From Callorhinchus milii (Eukaryota), in NCBI RefSeq assembly GCF_018977255.1, contig NW_024704743.1, positions 44,704,001 to 44,768,000 of the forward strand: a DNA stretch of 64,000 nt, read 5' to 3'. This document shows positions 63,690 through 64,000 of this stretch, in pieces. Numbering within the stretch: position 1 is the stretch's first letter; every line of letters starts with the position of its first letter. Made by a program: the position numbers and the translations under genes. The notes beneath the pieces were generated by a model that worked only from the letters and a program-made list of their open reading frames with translations, was not told where the DNA came from and ran no database searches.

Positions 63690-64000
63690 CCTTCTCCACC
63701 GCTTTTCCTCACAGCTCAATCTTTGCGGACCTACCCTTGCCTGGTTCAAATCCTACCTTTCCCACCATCTTCACTTTGTCTCCACTAACAGCCTCTCCTT
63801 CAACCCCCACCGAGGCCCTCCTGCTTAGCTTCTGTCATCGCCTCCTTACCTCGGGTGCTGACAGCATCATCTTACATGGTTGCACTCTACACGTCATGTA
63901 GTCAATACGGAACCTCGGCAGCTTATTCGACCCTCAACTGTCCTTCATCCCCCATATCCGTGCCATGACCCGCTCCGCCTTTCCCCATCTCCACAACATT
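63690..64000 (+). mobile_element. L2 ORF2 fragment running off the window end
   Basis: TEALLL..RLLTSGADSIILHGCTL..RNLG.LFDP.LSF.PHI matches 24251-24450. Confidence 0.8.

Overview
Repeat-dense, AT-rich vertebrate non-coding DNA (large intron or gene desert). The repeat mix resembles a cartilaginous fish, possibly a chimaera such as Callorhinchus; this is inferred from remembered repeat families. No host protein-coding gene was recognised, and every ORF with recognisable homology is transposon-derived. Contents: a decayed hAT (SPIN/Buster-like) transposase with one TIR; two non-autonomous hAT elements with TIRs and 8-bp TSDs; a 2.7-kb 5'-truncated L2 LINE (APE+RT) plus many L2 and CR1 3' fragments; two tRNA-headed SINE families sharing one L2-derived hairpin tail; AmnSINE2-like relics; a 20-bp minisatellite; and several local duplications. 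The most notable item is an unclassified non-coding, poly(A)-tailed retroposon family ('family X', about 9 copies, two with clear 10-11 bp TSDs). Its core blocks recur colinearly in a short tRNA-headed SINE, suggesting a shared SINE central domain. All family names come from recall and visual alignment, not database searches, and many boundaries are approximate.
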